From Pseudomonadota bacterium (GTDB taxonomy: Bacteria > Pseudomonadota > Gammaproteobacteria > Ga0077536): 52,701 bases of DNA. Positions 9,521-19,405 of the stretch are shown in pieces (within the stretch, counting starts at the first letter, position 1; each line of letters opens with the position of its first letter). Location: NCBI GenBank assembly GCA_043782755.1, contig JAYWAC010000001.1, positions 1 through 52,701 on the forward strand, read 5' to 3'. Both the position numbers and the translations under genes were made by a program. The notes under the pieces are model-generated. The model searched no databases, was not told the DNA's origin, and saw nothing but the letters and a program-made list of their open reading frames with translations.

Positions 9521-11357
9521 TGCTTTTAGCTCCTGTTGCGCAGTTCGGTGGCTCAGGGGTGAGCGCGGTATCGTCGCTTGCGCTGTCATTGAATTGCAAT
9601 TCGGCAAGACGTGCGTATAGGCCGCCCCCTTCGCTGAGATCGCTGTGACTGCCGCTGGCGACAATGCGACCGCCATCGAGCACCACGATACGGTCGGCAC
9701 TACGTACCGTGGCCAGGCGATGGGCGATGACCAAGGTCGCGCGATCGCGCATGAGATCGCGCAGCGCTTCCTGCACCAGTTGTTCCGACTCGGCGTCGAG
9801 CGCACTGGTGGCTTCGTCGAGCAACAGGATGGCGGGCTGCTTCAACACCGCGCGGGCGATGGAAATGCGTTGCTGCTGGCCACCCGACAGGCGCACGCCA
9901 TGTTCGCCGACTTGAGTTTGATAGCCTTCCGGCAGACGCTTGATGAAATCGGCGGCAGCCGCTGCGCGCGCTGCCGCGCACACTTCCTCGTCGCTGGCGC
10001 CCGGACGGCCGTAGCGGATGTTTTCCATGATGGTATCGGCGAACAGCACGGTGTCCTGCGCCACGATGGCAATGCGCCGCCGCACTTCGCGCGGGTCAAC
10101 GCGCGCGATGTCGACCCCATCAAGCAGGATGCGCCCCTGCTGCGGGCGATAGAACGCCAAGGCCAGCGCCAGTACGCTGCTCTTACCGGCGCCCGACGGC
10201 CCGACCAGGGCGATGGTTTCACCGCGTCGCAGTTCCAGCGTAAATTCGCTCAAGGCCGGTGGCGTAGGACGGGACGGATAACTGAAGCTGATGTTTTCAA
10301 AACGCAGTTCGCCGCGCGAAGGCAGCGGCAAGGGTTCGGGCACCGCAGGCAGCGTGTAATCGGGACGCACGCCGAGCAGTTCCACCAGACGGTCGGTCGC
10401 GCCGGCGGCCTGTTGCAGGGCGCCGAAGATCTCTGACAGTCCAGCCGTCGAGCCGCCGGCAAACACGGCATAGAGCAGAAACTGGCCGAGCTGACCGCCA
10501 CTCATGCGGCCACTGACGACGTCCTGCGCGCCTATCCATAACACCAGCACCAGTGCGCCGAATACCATGGTGATGGCGTAGGCGGTCAGTAGGGCGCGCT
10601 GGCGAATGCGACGCCTTGCGGCTAGAAACGCACCGTTCACGGTCTCGTCGTAGCGCTTGCCGTGCAGATCTTCGAGGGTGTAGGCCTGCACCAGCGGCAT
10701 CGCGTTCAACACTTCACCGGCCAGCGCCGAAGTATCGGCGAGACGGTCCTGACTGGTGCGCGACAGGGCGCGCACGCGGCGTCCGGCGAGAATGATCGGT
10801 ACCGTTACCAGCGGAATGACCAGCACAATGATGCCGGTCAGGCGTGGACTGGTGATCATCAGCATCACCACCGCGCCGAACAAGGTCAGTGAGCTGCGCA
10901 AGGCGATCGAGAGACTGCTGCCGACTACGTTCTGGATGAGCGTGGTATCGGTGGTCAGGCGCGACAACAGTTCGCCGCTCTTGGTCACTTCGAAAAAGCT
11001 CGGGCTCAAGCTCAGCACGTGGCGGAACACCGCACTGCGCAGATCGGCCACTACCCGCTCGCCCAGCCATGACACCAGATAGAAACGCAATGCGGCGGCA
11101 CAGGCGGTCGCAACCGCGAGGGCAAACAAGCCGAGAAAATAGCGATTGACCGAGGCGCTGTGGGCAGCGCTGAGACCACTGTCGACCACATAGCGCACCG
11201 CGACCGGCATGGCCAAGGTCGAGAGCGCCGCCACCAGCAGCGCCACCAGCGCGCCGGCGATCACACCGCGATAGGGAAAGAGGAAAGGCCGCAGGCCGCG
11301 CAGGCCGCTGAAACGTAAGCGCGACTTGGCGGGAATGGACTGTTCAGGTGCGTTCAT
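9507..11357 (-). CDS. ABCB-type ABC exporter (fused permease-ATPase)
   Basis: Start trimmed to MNAPEQ (ATG at 11357). Walker A GPSGAGKSS, signature LSGGQQQR, Walker B ILLLDEATSALD. The 3' end overlaps the GST start codon by 14 nt. Confidence 0.85.
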   Translation of the reverse strand: MNAPEQSIPAKSRLRFSGLRGLRPFLFPYRGVIAGALVALLVAALSTLAMPVAVRYVVDSGLSAAHSASVNRYFLGLFALAVATACAAALRFYLVSWLGERVVADLRSAVFRHVLSLSPSFFEVTKSGELLSRLTTDTTLIQNVVGSSLSIALRSSLTLFGAVVMLMITSPRLTGIIVLVIPLVTVPIILAGRRVRALSRTSQDRLADTSALAGEVLNAMPLVQAYTLEDLHGKRYDETVNGAFLAARRRIRQRALLTAYAITMVFGALVLVLWIGAQDVVSGRMSGGQLGQFLLYAVFAGGSTAGLSEIFGALQQAAGATDRLVELLGVRPDYTLPAVPEPLPLPSRGELRFENISFSYPSRPTPPALSEFTLELRRGETIALVGPSGAGKSSVLALALAFYRPQQGRILLDGVDIARVDPREVRRRIAIVAQDTVLFADTIMENIRYGRPGASDEEVCAAARAAAAADFIKRLPEGYQTQVGEHGVRLSGGQQQRISIARAVLKQPAILLLDEATSALDAESEQLVQEALRDLMRDRATLVIAHRLATVRSADRIVVLDGGRIVASGSHSDLSEGGGLYARLAELQFNDSASDDTALTPEPPNCATGAKSNEAV

Positions 11358-11479
11358 GGCGGTGCAAGCGTTGCGTGCGGACTGGCTGGGCGCGTGACCA
11401 TAACACAGTGCTTGCCAGCCACGACGTGGGCTATCGATCTGGCGGTGCCGTGCGTCGTCACGCTGGATAGAATCGCGGT

Positions 11480-12079
11480 ATGAACAGACCATTCAATCCC
11501 GCCGCCGAACGCAACAAAGCGCCCATCCTCGCGGTCATCGCGCCCTATCTTCGCGCCGCCCGCGTGGTGCTGGAAATCGGTGCGGGCAGCGGCCAGCACG
11601 CGCTGCATTTCGCCGCTGAACTCCCCCATCTGCGTTGGCAGACCAGTGAGCAGAGCGCGAGCCTGGCGGGGCTCGCCGCCAATTTGAGCGATGCAGGGCT
11701 CGCCAATCTGCTGACTCCCATAGAGCTGAATGTTCTGCACGGGCCATGGCCTGTGCAGGAACTCGACGCCGTGTTCGCCGCCAACGTCGTGCAATGCATG
11801 ACTTCGCCGGCCCTCGAAGCCTTGTTCCAAGGTGTCGGCACTCGTCTGGCGGCGGATGGTGTGTTCCTGCTGTATGGCCCCTTCAATCGTGATGGGCGCT
11901 ACACCAGCGAAGGCAATCAACAGCTCGACGTCTGGGCACGTTCACTCGATGCCGATTTCGGTTTGCGTGACCGCGCTGTAGTCGAAGATCTCGCCGCTCA
12001 ACATGGTCTGCGTCTGTGCGAAGATCACGCCCTGCCCGCCAACAATCAGTTGTTGGTGTGGCGACGTCGAGACACCTGA
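11480..12079 (+). CDS. DUF938 family protein (SAM-methyltransferase-like fold)
   Basis: AERNKAPIL....VLEIGAGSGQHALHFAAELPHLRWQTSE matches my recall of the DUF938 N-terminus. Confidence 0.7.
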   Translation: MNRPFNPAAERNKAPILAVIAPYLRAARVVLEIGAGSGQHALHFAAELPHLRWQTSEQSASLAGLAANLSDAGLANLLTPIELNVLHGPWPVQELDAVFAANVVQCMTSPALEALFQGVGTRLAADGVFLLYGPFNRDGRYTSEGNQQLDVWARSLDADFGLRDRAVVEDLAAQHGLRLCEDHALPANNQLLVWRRRDT

Positions 12080-12111
12080 TTGCCAAGCTTGCTTATCTCC
12101 CCAGTATCACC

Positions 12112-13728
12112 ATGACCGACAATATCGTCGACACTTCGGCCTGTCTCGACGCGCTGCTGCGCGCCGCGCCCGCCGATGACATCGCCATTCACTATGGTGA
12201 CGCGGCTATCAGCTTTGGCGAGCTTTTGGCCGAGAGCGAACGGGTGGCTGCCGATCTCTACGCGCGCGGCCTGCGCGAAGGCGATCGCATTGCGGTGTGG
12301 TTGCCGAATATTCCGGCCTGGCTATGTCTCATGTTTGCTTGTGCGCGCTTGGGGGCCATGCTGGTCTCGGTCAACACACGCTTCCGTGCGCATGAGGTGG
12401 CCGACATCGTGTCGCGCTCCGCTTGTCGCATGCTGGTGTTGTGGCCAGACTTCAAGGCCATCGATTTCGCCGGCATTCTGCGCGCCATCGAGCCGGCGGC
12501 GCTGCAAGCGCTGGAACATGTCATCGTTTATGACGAAGCGAACAAGGACAGCGCTACAGCCATCATTGCCGGTGTGCCGGTCAGCAACTACGAGGCGCTG
12601 CAACGCTGCGCGGAGGCGGCGCCGATGCAGGGCAGTGGCGCGCACCGCTGCGTGATCTTTACCACCTCGGGTACCACCAGGGCGCCCAAGTTCGTTTGTC
12701 ACGTGCAGGGCACCGTAACGCGCCATGCTCACGACGTCGCCCTTGCATTGGGTATGACTCGCAGCGGCGCCAAAGTCTTGCAGGCGCTGCCGCTATGCGG
12801 TGTATTCGGTTATACGCAGGCCATGGCGGCGTTGGCCGCACGTGCGCCGATGTTCATGCTGCCAGTGTTTGACGCGGCGCTGTCGGCGCGACTGGTGCGC
12901 GAACTCGGCATCACGCATATGAATGGCGTGGACGACATGATCGATCGCATGCTCGCCGAAGTGGACGAGCAGGATGCCTTTCCGACGCTTGAGCATTTCG
13001 GTTACGCGCTGTTCAATCCGGCCTTGGAAGATATCGTCGAGCGGGCGCAAGCGCGCGGCGTGACCCTGCGTGGTTTGTACGGCATGAGCGAATGCCATGC
13101 CTTCTATGCCTTGCAGCCGACCAGCTTGCCGGCCGGCCAGCGACGCAAGGGCGGTGGTCGTCCGGTCGCGCCCGAGGCAGGTGTGCGGGTGCGTGATCCC
13201 GACAGCGGTGCCTTGCTTGCTGTCGGCGTCGCCGGTGAACTTGAGATCAGTGGCCCCAGCCTCATGCACGAATACTTCGGTGATGCCGCCGCGACGGCTG
13301 CAGCCTTCACCAGCGATGGTTTCTTGCGCACCGGTGATCTCGCCTATCTCGAAGCCGATGGCCGCTTCTGTTACGTGGCACGCATGGGTGATGTGATGCG
13401 GCTCGCCGGTTTCCTTACAAGCCCGCTGGAAATTGAAGCGGTGTTGGACGAGCACCCGGCCGTGCATAGCAGTCAGGTGGTCGCGGTCGAAGTGGACGGT
13501 GCGTCGGCGCCGGTGGCTTTCGTGCTGGCCGCACAGGGCACGGTCGATGCGCGCGAGGTGATCGCCTTTTGTCGCGCGCGACTGGCGAATTACAAGGTGC
13601 CAAGGCAGGTGTTCACGGTCGACGCGTTCCCGACCACCTTGAGCGCCAATGGCACCAAGATTCAAAAGAGCCGGCTGCGCGTGCTGGCCCAAAACATGAT
13701 CAACGAAGCAGGGGAGAAACACGCATGA
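12112..13728 (+). CDS. AMP-dependent synthetase/ligase (acyl-CoA synthetase family)
   Basis: AMP-binding motif IFTTSGTTRAPK and C-terminal ...GTKIQK. Start trimmed to MTDNIVD (ATG at 12112). Confidence 0.85.
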   Translation: MTDNIVDTSACLDALLRAAPADDIAIHYGDAAISFGELLAESERVAADLYARGLREGDRIAVWLPNIPAWLCLMFACARLGAMLVSVNTRFRAHEVADIVSRSACRMLVLWPDFKAIDFAGILRAIEPAALQALEHVIVYDEANKDSATAIIAGVPVSNYEALQRCAEAAPMQGSGAHRCVIFTTSGTTRAPKFVCHVQGTVTRHAHDVALALGMTRSGAKVLQALPLCGVFGYTQAMAALAARAPMFMLPVFDAALSARLVRELGITHMNGVDDMIDRMLAEVDEQDAFPTLEHFGYALFNPALEDIVERAQARGVTLRGLYGMSECHAFYALQPTSLPAGQRRKGGGRPVAPEAGVRVRDPDSGALLAVGVAGELEISGPSLMHEYFGDAAATAAAFTSDGFLRTGDLAYLEADGRFCYVARMGDVMRLAGFLTSPLEIEAVLDEHPAVHSSQVVAVEVDGASAPVAFVLAAQGTVDAREVIAFCRARLANYKVPRQVFTVDAFPTTLSANGTKIQKSRLRVLAQNMINEAGEKHA

Positions 13729-14504
13729 CACGTCTGAGTACATTGAGTCGCAGCATTGCCGGCAAGGTCGCCTTGGTGACCGGCGCGGCGAGCGGCATGG
13801 GCCGCGCCACCGCACATCTGTTTGCCGATGAAGGCGCGCATGTCGCGGTCACCGATCTCGATGCAGCGAAAGTGCAGGCGGTGGTCGATGAGATCAAGGG
13901 CGTCGGTGGCAGCGCTGAAGGCTGGACGCTGGATGTCAGTCAGGGCACCGACCGCGAGCGTGTGGTGGCGGCGATCGTCGCCCAGTGGGGCGCGCTCGAC
14001 ATCCTGGTCAATAACGCCGGTATCGTGATCGAGCGGCCGCTCGAGGCGCCGGACTACGAAGCAGCCTGGGACCGCACCTTGGACGTGCTGCTGAAATCGC
14101 AGGTGATGTTGATACGCGCCTGCCTGCCGCATCTGCTGAACAGCGGCGCCGGTCGTGTCGTTAATATTGCTTCGACTGAAGCGCTGGGCGCGACCAAGGG
14201 CGTCAGCCCCTACACCGCCGGCAAGACCGGCGTGATCGGTCTCACGCGTTCATTGGCGGTGGAACTCGCGACCCGTGGCATCACGGTCAATTGCATCTGC
14301 CCGGGACCGATACGCACCGGTATGACGGCCGGTATCCCCGAAGAGGCGAAGGCCGAGTTCGCGCGTCGGCGCGTGGCCCTGCGGCGCTATGCGGAACCGG
14401 AAGAAGTGGCGCAGGCCACCTTGAATTTCGTGTTGCCGGCGGCGCAATACATCACTGGCCAACACCTCGCCGTCGATGGCGGCATGACCATCCGTAACGC
14501 TTGA
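13725..14504 (+). CDS. SDR-family oxidoreductase
   Basis: TGAASGMGRA cofactor motif and YTAGK catalytic motif. The start overlaps the upstream stop in ATGA (translational coupling). Confidence 0.9.
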   Translation: MTRLSTLSRSIAGKVALVTGAASGMGRATAHLFADEGAHVAVTDLDAAKVQAVVDEIKGVGGSAEGWTLDVSQGTDRERVVAAIVAQWGALDILVNNAGIVIERPLEAPDYEAAWDRTLDVLLKSQVMLIRACLPHLLNSGAGRVVNIASTEALGATKGVSPYTAGKTGVIGLTRSLAVELATRGITVNCICPGPIRTGMTAGIPEEAKAEFARRRVALRRYAEPEEVAQATLNFVLPAAQYITGQHLAVDGGMTIRNA

Positions 14505-14508
14505 GTGT

Positions 14509-14542
14509 GAGGACGCGGGTCGCGTGTGCGACTCGCGTCCTC
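14509..14542. terminator. GC-rich hairpin between convergent genes (putative bidirectional terminator)
   Basis: GAGGACGCGGGTCG / CGACTCGCGTCCTC forms a 14-bp stem with one G-U pair and a 6-nt loop. No clear U-tract. Confidence 0.45.
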
Positions 14543-14557
14543 GCCGGTGGCTTGAGT

Positions 14558-15064
14558 TCAGGACGCGACGATGGCGCGCAGACCTTGCGGGCTTAGGACC
14601 TCGATCCAGTAGCCGTCCGGATCCTTGATGAAGGCCAGACCCTTCATCTTGCCGTCGTCGGGGCGCTTGACGAATTCAATGCCGAGCGCCTCGAAGCGCT
14701 CGCAGGCGGCATAGACGTCCGGCACCGAAATGCCGATGTGACCGAAGCCGCGCGGATCGCTGTTACCGTTGTGATAGCCAGCGAAATCGGCGTCCGACTC
14801 GCTGCCCCAGTTGTGCGTCAATTCGACCAGCGCGGGGCGACCGAAAACCCACTGCGCGCGCTCGGCGGCAGCGCTGGGAATGGTTTCACCCGGCGCCAGA
14901 TAACCGACGAAATAAAGCGAGAACTGCATGTCCGGAAAGTCATAGCGGTCGAGCAAGGTCATGCCGAGCACGTCCGTGTAGAACGCGACCGAGACCTTGG
15001 GGTCGCGGACCCGCAGCATGGTCTGGTTCATGACAAATCCGGCGGTGGGTGAGGCGTTGGCCAT
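14558..15064 (-). CDS. gloA: lactoylglutathione lyase (glyoxalase I)
   Basis: [27 protein letters not shown] and [11 protein letters not shown] blocks are typical of the long GloI type. Confidence 0.85.
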   Translation of the reverse strand: MANASPTAGFVMNQTMLRVRDPKVSVAFYTDVLGMTLLDRYDFPDMQFSLYFVGYLAPGETIPSAAAERAQWVFGRPALVELTHNWGSESDADFAGYHNGNSDPRGFGHIGISVPDVYAACERFEALGIEFVKRPDDGKMKGLAFIKDPDGYWIEVLSPQGLRAIVAS

Positions 15065-15190
15065 CGCGATACTCCGTGGTGCTGAATGAGGCGGTGTGAG
15101 CCGCAGTGCGCGCGGCGGCGGAAATATAACCTGCTATCGCGCGCTTGGCAGCGATCGCGACCAGACGAGAACGCCGCGCGGGTGCGCGCT

Positions 15191-16270
15191 TCAGTCGATG
15201 CGGTCGAATGCGCGCGGTACGCGCTCGTCGTCTAGGGTCTTGTCAATGGCGTCGTAGAGTTCGCCAAGCAGGGGCACGACACGCAGACGGATGGCGTCGT
15301 GCAGACAACGTCTCACGCGCTGCGAATCGCAGTATTCGACGGTTGCCTGCCACAGGATGCGGCAGGCAGTGGCGGGCTGCAGCGGATTTTCCCGCGGGTC
15401 GAGGGGATGCCCCAGCACATTGGCGAGCCGCACATTGAGTTGAAACAATTTGAGTTTGAATTTTTCCGCTGCGGCATGGCCGATGGCCATGATGGTCGAG
15501 TCCTGTTCGACCTCTTCATCACCGACCACATCGATGCTCGGGCCGGCGCTACCATCGCCGCGCTTGAGCAGCATCGGCGCGACGGTCAGCTCCTGGGTCT
15601 GGTCGAGGTCGCTGACAACGGCGAAAGCCTGCAGGAACTGGCGCTCGATAGTGCGCCCTATCGGGATGGCCTTGTCGTCGAGCCGGTCGGCCTCGGCGCG
15701 TGCGTCACGCGCCTGCGCAGGTGTCGACGTGTCGGCTTCGTGGCGCAGCCGTCGCCCGGTCTCGGTACGCAGTGTCCAGATGATGTTGGGCAGCAGTTTC
15801 TCGGCGGTCTTGCGACAGGCGAGCATCACCTTGCGATGTTCCGGAGAGCGTCCGCGGCGGCCCTGCGCGGGGGACGCTACACGCGCTTCGACGGCGGCGT
15901 GCGCGATGGCCTTGAGCGCGGTGCGAAGGTTGTCGTCTTGGCGCTTGAAACGCACCCCGAGGCCGACCGGCGTGCGCCACATGATCTGCACCGGCGTCTG
16001 CACTTTCTGGCTGGTGCCATCAATCAGACGTACTGAGAACTCGAGCCTGCCGCTGGTGCTCTGTTCAAGTGCTTCGCGGCCGGGTTCGGGCGTCTTGAGA
16101 TCGATCTTGAGGGCCATGCCGGTGCTGCTGATGTCTTCGATCGTGCAGGCCACGGCGTTGTTCTTGCGATCAAATACGATGGCCGGCAGCGAGACTTCGT
16201 GCCTGATGCTGCCGCGCCGACGACCCCAATCGTCGGGTCGAGACAGTCCTTCTACTTGCTCGTCTATCAC
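15191..16270 (-). CDS. PilZ-domain c-di-GMP-binding protein with a DUF1631-like C-terminal region
   Basis: Canonical PilZ motifs are present: RGSIR (RxxxR) and DISSTG (DxSxxG). The C-terminal NPLQPATACRILW...LGELYDAIDKTL block resembles DUF1631 (recall, low certainty). Confidence 0.65.
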   Translation of the reverse strand: MIDEQVEGLSRPDDWGRRRGSIRHEVSLPAIVFDRKNNAVACTIEDISSTGMALKIDLKTPEPGREALEQSTSGRLEFSVRLIDGTSQKVQTPVQIMWRTPVGLGVRFKRQDDNLRTALKAIAHAAVEARVASPAQGRRGRSPEHRKVMLACRKTAEKLLPNIIWTLRTETGRRLRHEADTSTPAQARDARAEADRLDDKAIPIGRTIERQFLQAFAVVSDLDQTQELTVAPMLLKRGDGSAGPSIDVVGDEEVEQDSTIMAIGHAAAEKFKLKLFQLNVRLANVLGHPLDPRENPLQPATACRILWQATVEYCDSQRVRRCLHDAIRLRVVPLLGELYDAIDKTLDDERVPRAFDRID

Positions 16271-16600
16271 GCTATCGCTGGTTCCGATCGCTTGCGCATT
16301 GGGACCGGTTTCGCGTCGCTGGTGCCGCAGGGTACGGCGGGGCGTTGAAGCCGGTCACGAAGTGACTCGGTACGATACCACCGGTGGTGTCGAGAATGGA
16401 ATCGCGAATTTCGGAAAAACAGGAATTTGCGTCATACATGCGATGGATTACTTTGGCTGTCGCGATGCACTCCTCAAGGTTTTGCGATGGCTAGCAGGCG
16501 GGGCTGATGAGCTGTTCGGGACGGGACTGGAGCTGCGCGCCACCCGTTCGGGCGACCAAAGGCTGGGCCGGCCACGAGGCCGACCCAGCACCTTCATCGA

Positions 16601-17167
16601 TCAATATCCGGGCGGCGCCGGCGTGCCGGGCGGCGGGTAGCTGCCGCCCGCCGGCGGCACGGTGACCGGGCCTGTGGGCGGCGGTGCAACATAGCTCGGA
16701 GCCGGCTGTTGATAGTTGGCGACACTGGCCGGCACCGGCACCTGATGACCCTTGGCGTACATGCATTGGATGTAGGCATCGTCATAACGCTGCTGGGCGA
16801 GGTAGCCGGTAGTGGCGTAGGAATCGGTGCCTGCGGCACTGCCCAGTATGAGGCCGCTGCCCGCACCGATGGCGGCGCCGGCGCCCGCGTTTCCTGACGC
16901 TGCGCCCAGCAGGGCGCCAGCTGCCGCGCCGACCGCCGTGCCCACCGCAGCGCTGTTCAACCCACTGTTCGATGCGCTCTGCTGAGGGCTTTGCAAGCCC
17001 AAGGTCTGCTGCGCATAGGACTGGCACTGGTAATCATCGGCACGGAACTGATCGAAGCTCGCGCCATTGCCCGGCAACGCCATCATGCTCGGGCCGGTCG
17101 GGTAGGTGGCGCAGGCGGCAAGGCTGCCGCATAACGCGAGCATGGCGATAGGTGATGTGTATTTCAT
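16601..17167 (-). CDS. glycine-zipper lipoprotein with a proline-rich tail
   Basis: Start trimmed to MKYTSPIAMLALCGSLAAC (lipobox LAAC). Gly/Ala zipper AVGTAVGAAAGALLGAASGNAGAGAAIGAGSG and a C-terminal PPPTGP...PPPGTPAPPGY tail. Confidence 0.6.
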   Translation of the reverse strand: MKYTSPIAMLALCGSLAACATYPTGPSMMALPGNGASFDQFRADDYQCQSYAQQTLGLQSPQQSASNSGLNSAAVGTAVGAAAGALLGAASGNAGAGAAIGAGSGLILGSAAGTDSYATTGYLAQQRYDDAYIQCMYAKGHQVPVPASVANYQQPAPSYVAPPPTGPVTVPPAGGSYPPPGTPAPPGY

Positions 17168-17189
17168 GAATTCACTCCTGCGATGGGGA

Positions 17190-17567
17190 TCAGCGTGCGG
17201 GTGGCGGCGACACGCTGCGTGGATCGACACTCACCCACGGTTGGCCGCAACTCTGTACATAGGGGTAGTAGCCCGCCGGGTTCTGGCAGTAGTACCAGAC
17301 TGAGGACGCGGCTGGCGCCGGTGGCGCGGCCAGCTGTCGCTGGACGTAAACCGGCGGGTCGCGTTGCTCGATGATGACCGGCGGCTGGTTGTAGATGTAA
17401 GGCCGGTACGGATAGAAGAATGGATCGGGACCCCACCAGTAAGGATCGTTGAAATAGAAACCGACGCTGCCGTGGCCATGGCCATGTCCGCCGCGTGCGG
17501 CCGCTGTGCCGGCGCAGGCCGCCAGTATCAGCAGCACGGCCAGGCGGAGTAACGAATGTTTATACAT
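17190..17567 (-). CDS. small exported Pro/Tyr-rich protein
   Basis: Start trimmed to MYKHSLLRLAVLLILAACAG (signal/lipobox-like). Contains a GHGHGHG tract and a WYYCQNPAGYYPYVQSCGQPW motif. Confidence 0.5.
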   Translation of the reverse strand: MYKHSLLRLAVLLILAACAGTAAARGGHGHGHGSVGFYFNDPYWWGPDPFFYPYRPYIYNQPPVIIEQRDPPVYVQRQLAAPPAPAASSVWYYCQNPAGYYPYVQSCGQPWVSVDPRSVSPPPAR

Positions 17568-17856
17568 GCTTCGAACGCTCCGATGTTTGAACAAGGTCTG
17601 GTAGCGGTCTACCGACACCATGATGGGTAGACGTCGCTGGCGCGGATTGGTTGCCGACTGTCGTATCGTGACTAGTCGGAGACGAGATCTGTGCATCACC
17701 CAACGCGGCGCGATGCTAGGCGCTGGCACTAAACTCGTGCTGAACCACAACACTCATGGCGTGAGGTCGAATGCGCCCATGATGACCGACAGCATGCCAG
17801 CGCTCTGTACGCCAGGCCGTGAAGCACCGCACGTCTCCATGCCGATGCGTGAGTCG

Positions 17857-18258
17857 TCAGCGCCGCACTTTGAAGATTTCGTCGACTTCCACTTGCAGGG
17901 TTGCGACCAGTCCATTGGTGTGGTGAGCCATGCCGATCACCGCCAGCAGCTCGGCGTATTGCGCCTCGCTCATACCCTTGGCGCGCGCCGCCGCAGTGTG
18001 GGAGTGAACGCAGTACTCACAGGCATTGGCGACCGACACCGCGATGTAGATCAGCTCCTTGGTCAGCGGGTCGAGCGCGCCTGGCGCCATCACTGCCTTG
18101 GCGCTTTCCCAGGTGCGCTTGAGTTGCGCCGGGTTGTGCGCGAGCGCTTTCCAGAAGTTGTTGATGAAATCGGTCTTGCGCGTCACGCGGATGTCGTCGT
18201 AGACGGCGCGCACAGCGGCATCGGCGTCGGCGTATTCGATCAGATGGACGGTGGTCAT
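17857..18258 (-). CDS. carboxymuconolactone decarboxylase (AhpD-like) family protein
   Basis: 133 aa with the CxxC-type motif ACEYCVHSH, typical of the CMD/AhpD fold. Confidence 0.8.
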   Translation of the reverse strand: MTTVHLIEYADADAAVRAVYDDIRVTRKTDFINNFWKALAHNPAQLKRTWESAKAVMAPGALDPLTKELIYIAVSVANACEYCVHSHTAAARAKGMSEAQYAELLAVIGMAHHTNGLVATLQVEVDEIFKVRR

Positions 18259-18291
18259 GGTGTGGCCCTTCGATTTGCAGGTTCAGGCCCG

Positions 18292-19371
18292 TCAGACGGG
18301 CAACTCGATTTTACGCGTCCAACCGTAGGGATCGGGACGACGACCGGTCTGCAGACCGGTCAATTCGGTATGCAGACGGCGCGCTATGGGCCCAGGTTCG
18401 CCGTCGCGGATCACGACTTCGCGTCCCTGGTAATGCAGGCGCCCCACCGGTGCGATCACAGCGCCCGTGCCCATACCGAAGATTTCCGTGATGCGGCCGT
18501 CGGCGAGGCCTTCCAGCACTTCGCTGATGGCAATGCGTCTCTCGTTGACGGGGAAGCCAAGATCGGGTGCCAGCTTTAGCAGCGAGCGTCGCGTCACGCC
18601 GTGCAGAATGGCGCCAGTCAGCACCGGCGTGACTATCTCGTGGCCGTCGTACACGAAGGCGATGTTCATCGCGCCGACCTCATCGATATAACGACGTTCC
18701 ACACCATCCAGCCAGAGGACTTGCTGATAGCCCTTGGCCAGCGCCACTTCGGTCGCCGCGATCGAGCCGGCGTAGTTGCCCGGCGTCTTGGCCTCGCCGG
18801 TGCCACCACGCACGGCGCGCACATAGTCGTCGGACACATAGACCGAGACCGGCGCAAAGCCGGCGGCGAAGTAGGGCGCCACCGGCGACAAAATGATGTA
18901 GTGCAGGTATTCGCGACTGGCGCGCACTTCCAAGGTCTTCTCGGTCGCGATCATGACCGGACGGATATAGAGCGCGGTGCCTTCGCGATGCGGTACCCAG
19001 CGGTGGTCGAGTCCGACCAAGGTTTCCATCGCGCGCAGGTGCAGATCGACATCTACCGGTGGCATGCCCATGCGCCGTGCCGATTCGTTGAAACGTTCGG
19101 CATTGCATGCGGGGCGAAACAGGTTGATGTGACCGTCGGGCCGCCGATAGGCCTTGGTACCATCGAAGATCATCTGACCGTTGTGATACACGGTCGCAGC
19201 CGGGTCGAGCGTGATGGGCCCATAGGCACCGATGCGCGGCGCGTGCCAGCCACGCTCCGCGTCGTAGCGCTGGGTGAACATGCGCGTGGTGAAATGGCGT
19301 CCGAAGCCGAGTTGTTCGGGCAGTACCACGTCGTGCTCGACGACCTGATCTATCTGAATGGCGGTGGTCAT
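18292..19371 (-). CDS. ilvE: branched-chain amino acid aminotransferase (fold type IV)
   Basis: Start trimmed to MTTAIQ (ATG at 19371). Blocks FDGTKAYR, LYIRP (the BCAT-type Y-x-R), EAKTPGNYA and GVTR. Confidence 0.8.
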   Translation of the reverse strand: MTTAIQIDQVVEHDVVLPEQLGFGRHFTTRMFTQRYDAERGWHAPRIGAYGPITLDPAATVYHNGQMIFDGTKAYRRPDGHINLFRPACNAERFNESARRMGMPPVDVDLHLRAMETLVGLDHRWVPHREGTALYIRPVMIATEKTLEVRASREYLHYIILSPVAPYFAAGFAPVSVYVSDDYVRAVRGGTGEAKTPGNYAGSIAATEVALAKGYQQVLWLDGVERRYIDEVGAMNIAFVYDGHEIVTPVLTGAILHGVTRRSLLKLAPDLGFPVNERRIAISEVLEGLADGRITEIFGMGTGAVIAPVGRLHYQGREVVIRDGEPGPIARRLHTELTGLQTGRRPDPYGWTRKIELPV

Positions 19372-19405
19372 GAAAAGGCTCGTGTGGTCTTGGATTGATA
19401 GGCGG

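Noticed and set aside
12793-13815. 340-aa minus-strand ORF
   Set aside because: It is antisense to the acyl-CoA synthetase and SDR genes, which carry clear family motifs. Its composition is Arg/Gly/His-rich and artefactual.
15450-16640. 396-aa plus-strand ORF
   Set aside because: It is antisense to the well-supported PilZ gene. Its Ser/Arg/Ala-rich low-complexity composition is typical of off-frame ORFs in GC-rich DNA, and I recognised no motifs.
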